Shown here piece after piece: positions 18,146 to 35,850 of a DNA stretch of 64,000 nucleotides. Under the pieces are notes generated by a model. The model saw only the letters and a list, made by a program, of their open reading frames with translations, was not told the DNA's origin and ran no database searches. The translations under genes were made by a program, and so were the position numbers. The DNA is from the human T2T-CHM13v2.0 reference genome, Homo sapiens. Location of the stretch: assembly GCF_009914755.1 (NCBI RefSeq), contig NC_060934.1; one strand, 5' to 3'. Position 1 is the stretch's first letter; each line of letters begins with the position of its first letter.

Positions 18146-18343
18146 TTACTATTATTTAATTTGAATAATTAACACACCTTAAGCATGCCTCTAGTCAGTG
18201 AAACTAACAGAACAAGTAAATTAAGATACTCCCAATTCTTAAAGAGCTGCACCCAGGACGCTATATTTCAAATAATGTTTTTTTCCCAAAATATTCCAAT
18301 CTTCCCATTCCCTCACATCAATAAATACAATCAACTGCCTTAC

Positions 18344-18708
18344 TTCATCTGAGCAGCTGCTTCTTCTTCTTGCTGACGTTTGGCCTGCTCTTCTTGCTTC
18401 TTTCTCTCTTCCTCTTGATGTTTCTTTTTTTCTTCCTCTTCTTTTTTCTTTGATTCTTCCTCTGCCTTCACCTTTTCTTCGTCTTTTTTCTTGCGTTCCT
18501 TGTCTTCCTTTTTTCTCTTATCATCTTCCAGTCTCTTCTTCTTGTCTTCAGGGGCCTTGCTGACCTCCTTCTTGGCAGTGAGCTTGATATCGTCTTTTGG
18601 CCTCTCCTTGCTGCTCACTGTCCGCCTTTCACTGCAGTCTTTTTCCTTGTTGTTTGGTAAAGAGTCTTTTTCTTCCATACTTGCTGGCTTTTTACGCTCA
18701 GCTGGCAT
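18344..18708 (-). CDS. UPF2: UPF2 (regulator of nonsense transcripts 2), first coding exon: codons 1-121 plus 2 nt, E/K/R-rich N-terminus
   Basis: ORF MPAERKKPASMEEKDSLPNNKEKD...AAAQMK matches the human UPF2 N-terminus. Acceptor ttacAG ends at 18727, so the exon starts at 18726 with 18 nt of 5'UTR. Donor GAA|GTAAGG follows 18344. Confidence 0.97.
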
Positions 18709-19399
18709 TATGTGACCCAGGACAATCTGTAAGAGGGAAAGAATGTCAGTACCATAGATGCAGTGACTTTTTAAAATGATATCACACTATTTTTTTAAAC
18801 AGAACATATTAATGCAACTTGGCAATTGTAAAAGAGTAAATAAAGGCAGGTAAAATGAATACTATTTCTGTTACAAAATAAGTTATTCATCACATTCCAC
18901 ATCCTATCATTATTAGTTAGGCCTATGTCTAAGTACTTGTTTTTTACTTTTTATAAGGAAAAATCCAAGCCCAGACAAAAGTAGAGAGCATAATATAAGG
19001 AACCTCCACGTACCCATCACTCAGATTCAGCCACTATCAACTCCAAAACAATATGTCATTTAATTGTAAATACTTCAGAATATATCTGTGAACATTTTGA
19101 GTCAGCTTTAACCCTAGCATTTGACAACCATGAAAGATGGCAGTTCACTATTTCATATAATATTCAATGTCAGTATTTCAGCTGAGAAAGGAAACAAAAA
19201 CAAGCCCTTGCCTCCTATATGTCAACGGACAAAACAGAACAGCGGACTCACGAATCTCACTTCATTGCTCTAACCTTATCATCAAACTTTCAGATACAAA
19301 AACTGTTAACTATCTCAAATTAAACTAGACTTTTAACTTCTTCATCTGTATTAGTTAAAGTTAATTTATAAATAAACATGAACCTAAAATCCGTATGTT

Positions 19400-19830
19400 C
19401 TGTGCTATATCTGTCAATACAGAGTAGCTATTAGCCCAGGGTTTCTAAAGTTCAGCACCATTGACAGTTTGGGCAAAATACTCCTTTGGTTTTAGAGGAA
19501 AGGGGTCACCATGTGCTCTGTAGGAGGTTTAGCAGTGTCCCTGCCTGCTATGCAGTGCATACAAGTAGCTCCTCCCTCATTTTGACAACCAAATATAACT
19601 CCAGACATTGCTAAATATCCGTCGGAGAAAAAATTATCACCCAAAAACTGCTGCACTAGTCATATGTGGTTACTTAAATGTAAATTAATTAAAATTAAAT
19701 AAAATTTGAAATTCAGTTCTTCAGTCAGTATCTGTATTTCAAGTGCTCAATTCCACATGTGACTAATGGCTTCCATACACAGCAGGGCAGATACAGAACA
19801 TTTCCACAGAAAGTTCTATTGGATAGCATT
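19400..19830. mobile_element. MER3 hAT element, split by MER20
   Basis: catatgtggttacttaaat...aaattcagttcttcagtc...tttcaagtgctcaat...cagaaagttctattggatagca. Confidence 0.7.
19437..19653. mobile_element. MER20 DNA transposon nested inside MER3
   Basis: cagggtttct...ccattgacagtttggg...tgacaaccaaa...ctccagacattgc; degenerate 8-bp TSD tattagcc / cactagtc. Confidence 0.75.
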
Positions 19831-20000
19831 GGCCTATAGTACAGGCTTATAGTTAACTGAAAGTAACTGTGGAACAAAAAACTATACTTTGCAGGAAAAT
19901 TCTGAATTTTTCTTTTCTAAAAATATATTTCTCTACTCAGAACTAGTTGTCTAATTTCTTTTAGGCATGGTGTTTCACGTTTTAACTCCTAAATTATCTA

Positions 20001-20339
<339 letters not shown>

Positions 20340-20666
20340 TTAGAGGTAGAAAATTACCTAAATTTCTTAGTTTTATGTTTTCTTTTTGAAACAGGGTCTC
20401 ACTTTGTCGCCCAGGCTGGAGTGCAGTGGCACAATCACAGCTCACTGAAGTCTCGACCTCGCAGGCTCAAGTGACCCACCTGCCTCAGCCCCCCAAGTAG
20501 CTGGAACAGTAGGTGCTCAACACCACATCCAGGTAATTGTATTTTTAGTAGAGATGGGATTTCCCCATGTTGACTAGGCTGGTCTCGAAATCCTGAGTTT
20601 AAGTGATCCATCCACCTGGGCCTCCCAAAGTGCTGGGATTACAGGTATGAGCCACTGTGTTTTTGA

Positions 20667-20957
<291 letters not shown>

Positions 20958-21336
20958 TGAGCCACAGTGCCTGGCCAGCCCTTCGTTTTTTTTTATTAAA
21001 AGCAATAGTATCCTTAAATATTTTCAAATATAGGTTTTAAATTACAGCACTTAAAACTAGGTTACCAAAAAAAGCATTTGTAATATTGATATTTTTTAAA
21101 TACAAAAATACTTTACTTCAGTACTCTATTAAAATGTTAATTTCACAGAAAGCAACCTAGACCAACAGAAACACTTTAATTTTTGCAGGTACATGCCACA
21201 GCCTGTACCTTCTCATAACTACCTTTTTCCTTCTCCTTTTTCTTTTACTCCCTCATTGCTCTCCACTCCCTTGTTCTATGCATTTATTTTGACAGTGACA
21301 CCTAATAGCTGTAGTTAACCCCACTGGTAAAACTCA

Positions 21337-22081
<745 letters not shown>

Positions 22082-22399
22082 TTAGCATTTATATTATCTA
22101 TTTTTTTAATTTTAAAAAAAACTGTTTTAATAAAATAGAGACAAGGTCTCAGTACGTTGCCCTGGCTGGTCTCACACTCCCGGGCTCAAGGGATCCATCC
22201 TCCCGCCTCGGCCTTCCAAAGTGCTAGGATTACAGGTATAAGCCACTATACCCGGGCAGCATTTCTATTATCTAGAAGTGTAGTTATTGATTCTTATACA
22301 TTTTCAATTAAATATCCAACTTTAATGTGAAAACATCACGCCCTTAAAGCAAGCAAACTTTCAAAAAGACTATAATACTAATACACTACTCATGGTACC

Positions 22400-22560
22400 A
22401 TACTAAACATTTTACGTATATTATCTCATTTAATACTAAAATCTTTATGAGGTGGGTATTATTTTCCCTATTTTATAAATGAGTAAACTGAGACTTGACC
22501 AAGTAACTTGACCAAGGCCTGCACAGCTGGTGACAGAATGGGAATCTGAACCCATTCTCT
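22400..22560 (-). mobile_element. MIR SINE
   Basis: cctattttataaatgagtaaactgagact...aagtaacttgaccaagg core. Confidence 0.75.
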
Positions 22561-22826
22561 GAACCAAAGAATCCTAAGAGTACCAAATTGTGAGATGGGA
22601 GACATGCTGGTAAATACTGACTATAGCAACCCACAGAATTATGAATCTCAAGAGTAGAAAGAATCCTTCATAATGGTTAAGGAGTTCTCATGTAATGTTT
22701 TTAACTTTTAGCAGACTCTGGCTGAAACATATGGGGACAATTTAATATCTAAGGTAATAACATGATCTTATTGAAGGATATTAATCATTAAGTGAAAAAA
22801 GTTTATATAGATTTCACATTTTCTGA

Positions 22827-23235
<409 letters not shown>

Positions 23236-23602
23236 TAACATCTTAAATTTTTCAAAGAAAAGATTAAGAAATTCATGTAGTATCTGACAAATTCACAAAG
23301 ATCATCATTTATTAGTTCAACAAAGTCCCAAACTTTCATGACTCTTTAATAAGATTCATGTCTTCATTAAATTTTAAGTACTTAGTATAAGAAATAAAGC
23401 TGCAGTAGGCATGCAAGAATTAGACTCGGGGCTGGGCATGGTGGCTCATGCCTGTAATCCCAGCACTTTGGGAGGCCGAGGCAGGTAGATCACGAGGTCA
23501 AGAGTTCGAAACCATCCTGGCCAACAACATGGTGAAACCCCGTCTCTACTAAAAACACCAAAATTAGCTGGGCGTGGCAGCACACGCCTGTAGTCCCAGC
23601 TA

Positions 23603-23797
<195 letters not shown>

Positions 23798-26045
23798 TTA
23801 AGTCCTGATACTGGTATCTCCTTTCAACCACTTCATCCTTACATTACAAGCATACGCCCAAAGTATACTTGCGACTAAATTTCCGTAAACAAAAAAAAAA
23901 GACAAAAATCTAGAAGTTCATGAAGAGGCAGCAATGCAACTTGTGAAAACAACATACATGGGCTTGGAAGTCGGACTGATTTTAAATCTGCATCCCAACT
24001 CTGCAGCCTGATAGCTACAGAAATCAGGCAACAACTTCTCTGAGTCCACTTATTTATCAATAAGATGGATATACTGCTATCTATCTTGTAGAGTTCTTAA
24101 AATTCTAGCATAGTAACTAGCATGAGGGAGGCATTAATAAATGTTCTGTCACAAAGAACACTGAGAAGTTCAGCATACAATGAAAGATTTGTAAAGTCAG
24201 ATAAAGACTATTAGATTTTATCTACTTCTATCCTCAATTTTTACATTCCAAGGATAGCAGCAGAGTCACCTACCCAAGATTATATATACAGCTAGTTTCC
24301 GTGGCTGGACCAACACTCACTACCCAGTGCTTTTTCACTACCTACACTAAAACGAATAAAATATACAAACACCGTGATTCACCTCAATACACGTTTGTTT
24401 TATGTCGACTTAAAAAACTGAGCACTAAGTGATATTTAATAAAATGCTAAAATTCTTATTTCAATAACTTCAAGCTTTAACAGCCAAACTTTTCATCTAA
24501 AGTGTTTCCAAAAGTTTTTCAAGTCCAAATACAATTTTAAATAGGTCCTTTCTCAAGATAGTGAGGAGAAAAAGTCGTGATCTTTTCACTGGAATCCGAT
24601 TAGCTGTTACAAATTAGTTTGCTGAATACAATTATATTCAGACTACCCTTAAAAGGAAACCATGCTTTAAAACCACCTTCCTAGCTCCCAAAATAGTGTC
24701 CTGTCACTTGAACTGTATATTTTATTTGGTATTCTAAATACATTCTGAACTTCCAAAAGAAAGTAAAACTAATTTACTAGAAGTACCAATGGAGTGTATT
24801 GGGGGGAAGAGGGCACAAAAGGGGGTGTTTCCCTTTTAAAGACATTCCCTTGCAAAGTACCATATGGATTATGTATGAAATCCCAATCAGAGTGCTCCGA
24901 AAACACTCCAGTATGAGAGAATGCGGTTTTACCTTTCAATTCTCTTATTCAAAATGCTGTCAGGACAGAACAGCACAGGAACACTATCTCCCAGTTTCTG
25001 ACTTTATTTTTTAAAGAACATCCTTAGTATAAAGGACGTATTAAGAACTGTTAGAAATTGTACCAGCTCACAAATGAGGAGACTGACGATGTTAAGGAAC
25101 ACCTAAGAACTATGGAAATGAGATAAAGCGTCAGCGAGGGTTTCACTTTGATCTGATGCATCGTTTCGTGTCGTGTAAGTCCTCTAAGAAGAGCAAGAGA
25201 GCTGAAGGTCCGATCACCCCAGCGTGGACCCAGCTGGCTCTGCTCTGCCAACCTGGGGACCAAATATCCTGTGATCACTTCCTTAGTCCAACAGTCCTAG
25301 CAAGAAGAGAGTGCTTGGCGCCTTGAAGAGGTGAAGGTAAAGTGAAGAATCAACCAGCCTATGTGATTAAAAGGAAGTCAACCAAACAGCCCATGCCCAC
25401 CATCCCCAGATACACCCCAAGCCCCTTCCCCTACACATACCTCTCCTACAAACCCCTGCTCTGGTGGTGTAGGAACCTCTACACCCACCACACTTCCCCG
25501 ACACAACTCCCCTTCCCACAGGTATCCACGGTCACCTTCGCGGACCATCGCTGCCCCAACCCCAACTTCTCGCCCCACACTCCCTCGCCACAGAAGCCTT
25601 CCCGGCCGGTCTCCCCACTCCGCAGCCTCCCACACACGCGCCCTCCCCACTTTCTCGCCCTCGCTTCCCTCCCGGCTCTCGAGGAGCTTCCCCCGACCTC
25701 CCCTCGCTCTCCTCCACGCCCCCGAACACTTTCGCCCCTCCACCGCGGGCTCCCCGCCTCCAGTCTCGAGGCCCGGCCCAGGCATGTGGGGCAGGCACCT
25801 CCTCCACCGCCCCCCAAGCATGGCCCGGCCCGGGGGCTCCCGCGTTGATGGGAGCCTCGGAGACAGGGGGTCTGAGGAGAACGACGCCGGACCCGCGGTC
25901 CCTCCACTGCTCGCCGACCCCGGAGAGCTGGAGTGTGGAGTCGCCTCTGGGGTCCCCCAGGGAGTAGGAGTCTAGGCCGGTGCCCCCCAGCCCCATTTCC
26001 TCCCGATCGTTGGAGCGGAGGGGAAGGAGGATCCCCGGGACTCAC

Positions 26046-26150
26046 CTCGAGCCTGTTGTCAACATTAGCCCCGGGTTTCCCAGCACCAACTCCAGCGCTC
26101 GGGCTCTCCCCTCCCCTCCCCCCACCTATCTCGCAGCCGAGGGCCCGCCT
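26046..26150 (-). other. UPF2: UPF2 proximal non-coding first exon (1b); 5' end approximate
   Basis: Consensus donor GAG|GTGAGT at 26046/26045 inside the CpG island, upstream of the exon 2 acceptor. The TSS cannot be read from sequence. Confidence 0.8.
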
Positions 26151-26204
26151 TCCCTCAGCTCCCCCTCCTCCCTCCGCCCGCCAGCCCTCCCGCCCGCCAC
26201 TCAC

Positions 26205-26400
26205 CAGCGCGGCCGGGCTGAGAGTGGGGGCGGGGCGGAAGGAGGCGAGAGGGAAAAGGCCATCCGCGCGACTGCCCGATTAAAAACAGTCCTGATCGTC
26301 TTCCCTGCGGCATGCCGATGCCCTCAGCTTGACTCTGGGGTGGCGGGTCCGGGGCAAAGGCTCATATGAGTGCCATTCACTTAACAGCTCTTTCAAATTC
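26205..26400 (-). other. UPF2: UPF2 distal alternative non-coding first exon (1a); 5' end approximate
   Basis: Second strong donor CTG|GTGAGT at 26205/26204, directly downstream of the promoter motif cluster. From memory, UPF2 has variants that differ in the first exon. Confidence 0.65.
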
Positions 26401-27552
26401 CCCAGTCGATGAGAAGAGCGAATTTTTCAGACTGGCAATACGTAAGGTAGCCACTACCAGCACCTCAAACCAGGGCCCCAGCGGAGGGGTGGAGTGTTCC
26501 GAGGACCCGAGGCAGGAAGTGGATTGGTCGCCAGGAAAGGGAAAGCGCCTGAATTGGAGCTGCGCAGGCGCAGGCGCTTCGCGGGGGATGGGGGTGGGAA
26601 GCGCGAATGGGGCGGGGCGGAGCTCACGGGAGGCGAGGAAGTGTGGTGGAATAGTGGGAGGGTTACGGAGCGCCATTAAGGACAAGCCCGGCCACGTGAT
26701 TCTCCTGGGCGTTTCCTGGTGCGAACCTAAGGAAGAGGTCTAAGAAGAGAAAGTTTGATTGGACTAATTCGAGGGGAGACGTTGAAGATTTAGAAAATTG
26801 GAAACTGGAGAAACTAAACCATATGGCTGGTTTGGGAGGTGGGAGTCGCTTAGGAATGGGTCTAGTCTTAAGAATGCCCTAAAAGACATCGAAAGTCCTG
26901 CGGGGGGATTTCCAGAAGCACTTCTAGGTGTTCGACGTAAAAACCACCCAGGGCGAAGAAGAATCAAGGCTTTTTCCATACACTTCTTAGAAAGTACCTG
27001 GTTCTAGCAAGCAAACTTTTAAAAATTACAGTGGCAAGACTTCCCTGAGTTATCAAATCACCCATTTTAAAAAAAAAATGGCTAGCGTCGACATTTCTTC
27101 TGAATGCGAACCCAGGCCGACTTTCAAAAATGGGTATCAGTTTATCCACACTGCTTATTTCCTCCTGAATTGCTGAAATGGTGCATCTGGCCTCGAAACA
27201 GTACTGGGTTCTGCCAACATGATCCGAGTAGGTGGCTCTGGCTGGTCCGGAGCTAGAGGAACAAGGGTGCGAAACTGGTCTTGACGTTTGCTTGACTTGA
27301 GGGGGCCCCACCTGGTGCCCAAGCCCACGTAATGAACTACTACCAACCACAAATACTTGAGGCAAGTCCAGGTTCCCTATGACTCAACCTTTGCCCATTT
27401 GCCTCTATTTACTGTTTGCTTCCCCATTTACTCTTAGCACGCAAATTATCCTCTCATACTGAGTGTTGCTGCTTCCTGTATTTAAAAATATATATTTTTT
27501 ATACACTACACATAGGTCAGTCATTTAAAGGATAGTGAAAGAGAAAGATGAA

Positions 27553-27864
<312 letters not shown>

Positions 27865-29973
27865 CTATTCTGCAGCATTGATAAACAATTATGAGAACTG
27901 CCCCAAATACCATATTGGTGATAGCCACCCACGCTTCTCTTCAAGGTTTCCTTTTCCCATTTCATGGGATTACCTTAAGAAGCTTTACTTCTGGCTGGTG
28001 CGGTGCCTCATGCCCGTAATCTCAGTACTTTGGGAGGCCGAGGCTGGTGGATCACCTGAGGTCAGGAGTTCCAGACCAGCCTGGCCCCAATATGGTGAAA
28101 CCCAGTCTCCACTAAAAATACAAAATTAGCCAAATGTGGTGGCGAGCGCCTGTAATCCCAGCTACTCGGGAGGCTGAGGCAGAAGAATCACTTAGAACCC
28201 GGGAAGCAGAGGTTGCAGTGAGCCGAGATAGCGCCACTGCACTCTGGACTGGGCAACAGAGTGAGACTCTGCCTCAAAAAAAAAAAAAAAAAGAAAGAAA
28301 AGAAAGAAAGAAAAAAGCTTTACCTCTTTGTTAATAAATATAATAAATCCTTCTCATCCTAAATCAAGTCAACCTTTGTCTTTAATCAGGTGTTAAAAGG
28401 AAATCACCTAAAATCAAAAAACAGGAGGGCCTTTTTGTTGAGAATTTGCTATTTCACATTTGTGATTTTAGTTCATCGCAATCACCATTTTATAAAAATA
28501 GAGTCAGATGAATTTACTATCACAAAACTAATAAGTATACTATCTAGTATTCTCAAATCTAACTCCAAAAACCCAAGTTCTTTCTGCTATGTCTCTATGC
28601 AAACTTTTACATAAACTGAGAATGCTGCCAATCATTTTACTTCCAAAGACAGATGTCAAGCTAGCCACCAAAAGCCTGATGTGGGAATATCATTGTAATC
28701 TCTTAACTAGAAAAAACACCCCGCTCTGAAGAGGCCATCATTTTTTTATTCGGATAATAATTCAAACTTCATGATTTTCTGAAAATACATTCTCAAGATG
28801 AATTTTTGAGAAAAGTCTCAAAAATGTTCATTGTTATTTTTGCCTGCTCCAATTGACAGAACTGTTCTATATGGGGAAAAAAGAGAATGAAACTATTTAG
28901 TTTTTATTTAGACCTACACGATACTACTCCCTACTTAAAACCTACTTAGTGGCAGCTTCACAGACGAAAGCAAAGGCCAGGCAAAGAGATTACAATTACG
29001 GAGCAGGACAAATCCTGAGTTTAAGGAAAAGAAAAATGCATCAGATGAAGCCAACCAGCTATAACTACAGCCTCTGCCCACTGACCTCAGAGAACTGGGA
29101 GTGTTCTGTTCCATGAGGAAATCCAGCTTTGATCTTTTAGAAGCCGATGTTTAACTAACCTAGTTTAAGCTGCTTTTTAAAAAATACCCACCTCTTGGTA
29201 TATCTCTGGTAGAAATTTTTTCAGCGTTCCCTCTATCTGCTTAACAGTTTCCAAAAGTAAATGTGTTGAGGTGTGTCCCTTCAATATGAAATATAAGCAT
29301 CGGCCGGGCGTGATGGCTCACGCCTGTAATCCCAACACTGGGAGGCCAAGGCGGGCGGATCACCTGAGGGCGGGAGTTCGAGACCAGCCTGGCCAACATG
29401 GTGAAACCCTGTCCCTACTAAAAATATAAAATTAGCCAGGCTTGGTGGTGTGCGCCTGTAATCCCAGCTACTCGGGAGGCTGAGGCAGGAGAATCGTTGA
29501 ACCCAGAAGGCGGAGGTTGCAGGCAGCCGAGATCACTCCATTGTACTCCAGCCTGGGCAACAAGAGCGAAACTCTGTCTCAAAAAATAAAAAAAGAAAAG
29601 AAATGTAAGTATTGAGGGTGCATTTAAACAAATATAAACATACGAAACGTATTAGTACTTATTACCAAATCATGTTGGAATTTCTTGTGGAACTGTAAGA
29701 TGAAAATCAGTTCACTAACACTGGCTTCTCTGAATTCCACCAAAACAGAACACAAGCAATGTGAGATTAACCTGTTTTATTTTTCAAGCTTTTAATGTGG
29801 CTAGTCAAAAAAGTAAATTAATATTGGCTTGGCCGGGCGCTATGGCTGACACCTGTAATCCCAGCATTTTGGGAGGCCAAGGCGGGTGGATCACCTGAGG
29901 TCAGGAGCTCGAGACTAGCCTGGCCAACATGGTGAAACCCTGCCTCTACTAAAATACAAAAATTGGCCGGTCA

Positions 29974-30162
<189 letters not shown>

Positions 30163-30481
30163 TTAGAACAGCACTTGGCAAGCAGTGAAAGTCCAATGAA
30201 TGAGATTACAATCTAATGCAGGAGGTAGATCGTAAATAAACAGATAAAAACTGTGATGGTTAGAATAAATGCTCAAAGGGAAAAAGGGTAACATCATGCA
30301 GAGTAACAGGAGAGAGGGAAGAGGGAGGCTGCTTTATAGTCAGGAAAAGGCTCTTGAATGATTTAAAATTTGAGGTAAAACCTGGAGAATTGGAAGTTCC
30401 TGGTTATGCAGCTAGAAATGTCAAATGGGCACTTGGAACACAGGGGAGAGCTCCAGCCTAGAGATGAAATTTTGAAAGTCA

Positions 30482-30836
<355 letters not shown>

Positions 30837-31335
30837 TCACCCAAGAAACTGCAGCAAAAGAAAAAGGTCCAGGACTCAGCCCTGAGAAACTTCCATATAC
30901 AGAGGTTAAATATCTAAAAAGGAGACTGAATAAAGAAAGGGAAAACCAGGAGAGTGTGGCGTCATGAAAGCCAAGAAAAGAGGTGCTTCAAGAAAGGAAA
31001 AGTGGGAAGCTGTCTTCTGTGTTACTAGGACAGCGAAGAACATGAGGACAGAGAAGTGCTTGTTGCATTAACAATGCGGGAACGAATGCTTACCTTGCAG
31101 ATGCAGGTCAGTGACGTGGTGGGGACAGATTGGAATGGTTGAACACTAAGTTGGAGATGGAAACAGTGGAGTAATATTTGAGAAATTATGTTGAGAAGAG
31201 CAGCAGAAAAATGTAGCCATAGGAAAATGTGAGAAAAGGGAGGAATCTGTTTGGTTTTGCACCTTTTACTTTTGTATATTTTTGGTATTTTTACATGACA
31301 GATAAAAGAGGATATGTGGGGGTTTTTTTGTTTGA

Positions 31336-31809
<474 letters not shown>

Positions 31810-33291
31810 TAGTAGAGACTGGGTTTCTCCATGTTGGCCAGTCTGGTCTCGATCTCCTGACATCAAGTGATCCACCCGCCTGGGCCTCCCAAAGTGCTGG
31901 TATTACACAAGTAAGCCACCACACCTGGCCCTGGATTTCGTTCTTAATCATTACAATTTTTCAGTGAAATTTGAGGCACGGTCATCAGCTAAGAGTGAGA
32001 TGAGGGAGACAGTTGGGCAGGTTTGAAAAGAGAAGAGAAAATGTGAGAGAGACTGAAGAGTGTTGAAAGCCAGTGAGCTGCCCCTTAGGGATTTCCAGGT
32101 TATGCTGAGCAGCTCCTTCAGCTCTGAGGTCATGAGTTGAAAGTAAAACCAGAGCCAGGCACGGTGGCTCACGCCTGTAATCCCAGCAATTTGGGAAGCC
32201 GAGGCGGGTGGGTGCATCACCTGAGGTCAGGAGTTTGAGACCAACCTGGCCAATATGGTGAAACCCCATTTCTACTAAAAATACAAAAATTAGCCAGGCA
32301 TGGTGGTGAGCACCTGTAGTGTCAGCTAACCAGGAGGCTGAGGCAGGAGAATCACTTGAGCCTGGGAGGTGGAGGTTGCACTGAGTGAGATCATGCCACT
32401 GCATTCCACCCTGGGCAACAAGATGGAAACTCCATATCAAAAAAAAAGGAAACTAAAACTATCCAGCCTCACATGCCAGTTTCTTTGTTTTTTTCTTTTC
32501 TTTTTTTTTTTTTTTGAGACAGATTCTCAATCTTGTCACCCAGGGTGGAGTGGGATCTCAGCTCACTGCAATCTCTGCCTCCTGGGTTCAAGCAATTCTC
32601 CTGCCTCAGCGTCCTGATAGCTGGGATTACAGGTGCCCAACACCACGCCTGGCTAATTTTTTTGTATTTTTAGTGGAGACAGGGTTTCACCATGTTGGCC
32701 AGGCTGGTCTCGAACTCCTGATATCAGGTGATCCGCCCACCTCGGACTCCCAAAGTGCTGGGATTACAGGCGTGAGCCACCGCACCCCGCTGGCACATGC
32801 CAGTTTCTCCAGAAGATATGGAAAGTTAGGTTTAATCACAGTTGGGCTTTTTTTTTTTTTTCATGATGGTAATGACAGACAAAGAGTAAGGGAATCGAGG
32901 GTGTTTGCAAGAGAATGATTAGAATGGAGGATCATGGAACCTAAGCTGGGCGAGGAGGGAGGTGAAGGGAAAGGAGGAATGCATGAGTGTGGATGGGGAA
33001 GATGGACAGACTGGAGTAAATAAAAGCTGCAAAGAGGCCGGGTGTGGTGGGTCATGCCTGTAATCCCAGCATGTTGGGAGCCCAAGGCGGGCGGATCACT
33101 TGAGATCAGGAGTTTGAGACCAGCCTGGCCAACATGGTGAAACCCTGCCTCTACTAAAAATACAAAAATTAGGCAGGTGTGGTAGCTTAAGCCTGTAATC
33201 TCAGCACTTCAGGAGGCCGACACGGGCAGATCATTTGAGGCCAGGAGTTCGAGACCAGCCTGGCCAACATGGTGAAACCCCATCTCTACTA

Positions 33292-34010
<719 letters not shown>

Positions 34011-35155
34011 GTTACTAAATCATGTTGGAAACCACAAACTTGATCTAAATAGCTTTGCAGTTTGAATAAATACTACTTCAACAGCCATTTCTTTGCCTTA
34101 ACACTGTTGAGAAACCAGTGCATCTGAAACCTTTTACTTCAAGCATTAGGAATCTGTGCCAAGACATTGAAGATTAAATGAAGCTTAAAAAGAAGGGCTT
34201 ACAGCCAGGTGCAGTGGCTCAATGCCTGTAATCCCAGCAATTTGGGAGGTCGAGGTAGGTGGATCACCTGAGGTCAGGAGTTCAAGACTAGCTTGGCCAA
34301 CATGGTGAAACCTCGTCTCTACTAAAAGTACAAAATTAGCTGGGCATATTGGCACACTCCTCGAGGGGCTGAGGCAGGAGAATCACTTGAACCTGGGAGG
34401 TGGAGGTTGCAGTAAGCCGAGATGGTGCCATTTTACTCCATCCTGGAAAACAAGAGCAAAATTCCATCTCAAAAACAAATAAACAAACAAACAAACAAAA
34501 GAAGTGGTTACAAATGAAGATGAAAAAGGGGAGAAAAAAGGAAGAGTTTTCTTAGCTAAGCAACTGTTAATGACAGAGGTTTGTAAACTCTTTCTGCCAA
34601 GCCACTTTGGAAGCCATTTGGCTTACAGGGTACAATTCAGAGTCCTTAGCAGGAGCTCTTAATCATGGCCTCTTGTCTATGCATCTGGTCTCATTTCTTG
34701 CTACTTCCCCACATGTCTAAGTTCCGGCCATAACAAATAACCTGCATACACAGGACTTCCTCTTCCCTTAGTGCACATTATGCCTTTGCCTAGAATGTCC
34801 TTTCTCCCACGAATATTTACAGACTAGTTAAGTCAAGCATTATTTCCTCAGGGAAGTCGTGGTTTATCACTACCACCTTACAAATACTGAGGTCCCAGCC
34901 CCCATCCGGGTTCCTGCAGCAGCCTCTGATCACCCATCTTACAACATTCATTATCTTATATTGGAATACCTTTAAAATATCTGTTTTCGGCCCGGTGCAG
35001 TGGCTCATGCCTGTAATCCCAGAACTTTGGGAGGCCAAGGATCACAAGGTCAGGAGTTCGAGACCAGCCTGGCCAACATGGTGAAACCCCGTCTCTACTA
35101 AAAATACAAAAATTAGCCGGGTGTGGTGGTGGGCGCCTGTAATCCCAGCTGCTCA

Positions 35156-35284
<129 letters not shown>

Positions 35285-35613
35285 TCATGAGACTGTAAGC
35301 TACTTGGGGCTATAATTTGTATCTCACTAATATACAAAGTGTCTTGTGGAAAGCACTTTGTAACATTTTGGTAGAAGGATTAATGTAAATGAATGTTTTC
35401 TTTGGAGAGGATGAGAAACTTGTGTACTGAAGCAGGAATGTGTAGGATTTTTTTTTTTTTAAAGACAGGGTCTCACTGGCCTGGCGCGGAGGCTCACGCC
35501 TGTAATCCCAGCACTTTGGGAGGCCGAGGTGGACAGATCACGAGGTCAGGAGATCGAGACCATCCTGGCTAACATGGTGAAACCCCATCTCTACTAAAAA
35601 ATAGAAAAAATTA

Positions 35614-35850
<237 letters not shown>

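Larger units (their letters stand above)
25480..26760. promoter_or_regulatory. UPF2 CpG island / promoter
   Basis: Dense CpG and high GC. Motifs: ETS CAGGAAGT (26513-26520), ATTGG/CCAAT (26523-26527), NRF1-type TGCGCAGGCGCA (26561-26572), GC boxes near 26608-26620, E-box CACGTG (26693-26698). Confidence 0.9.

Noticed and set aside
25342-26743. Long overlapping GC-rich ORFs (up to 241 aa) at the UPF2 5' end
   Set aside because: Expected stop-codon depletion in a CpG island; low-complexity G/R/P/A peptides with no recognisable domain.
27302-27320. CTCF-like GCACCAGGTGGGGC (minus strand), and a similar CTTGCAGGGGGCACT near 50600
   Set aside because: Each has two mismatches in the core and cannot be supported without a PWM score or ChIP data.
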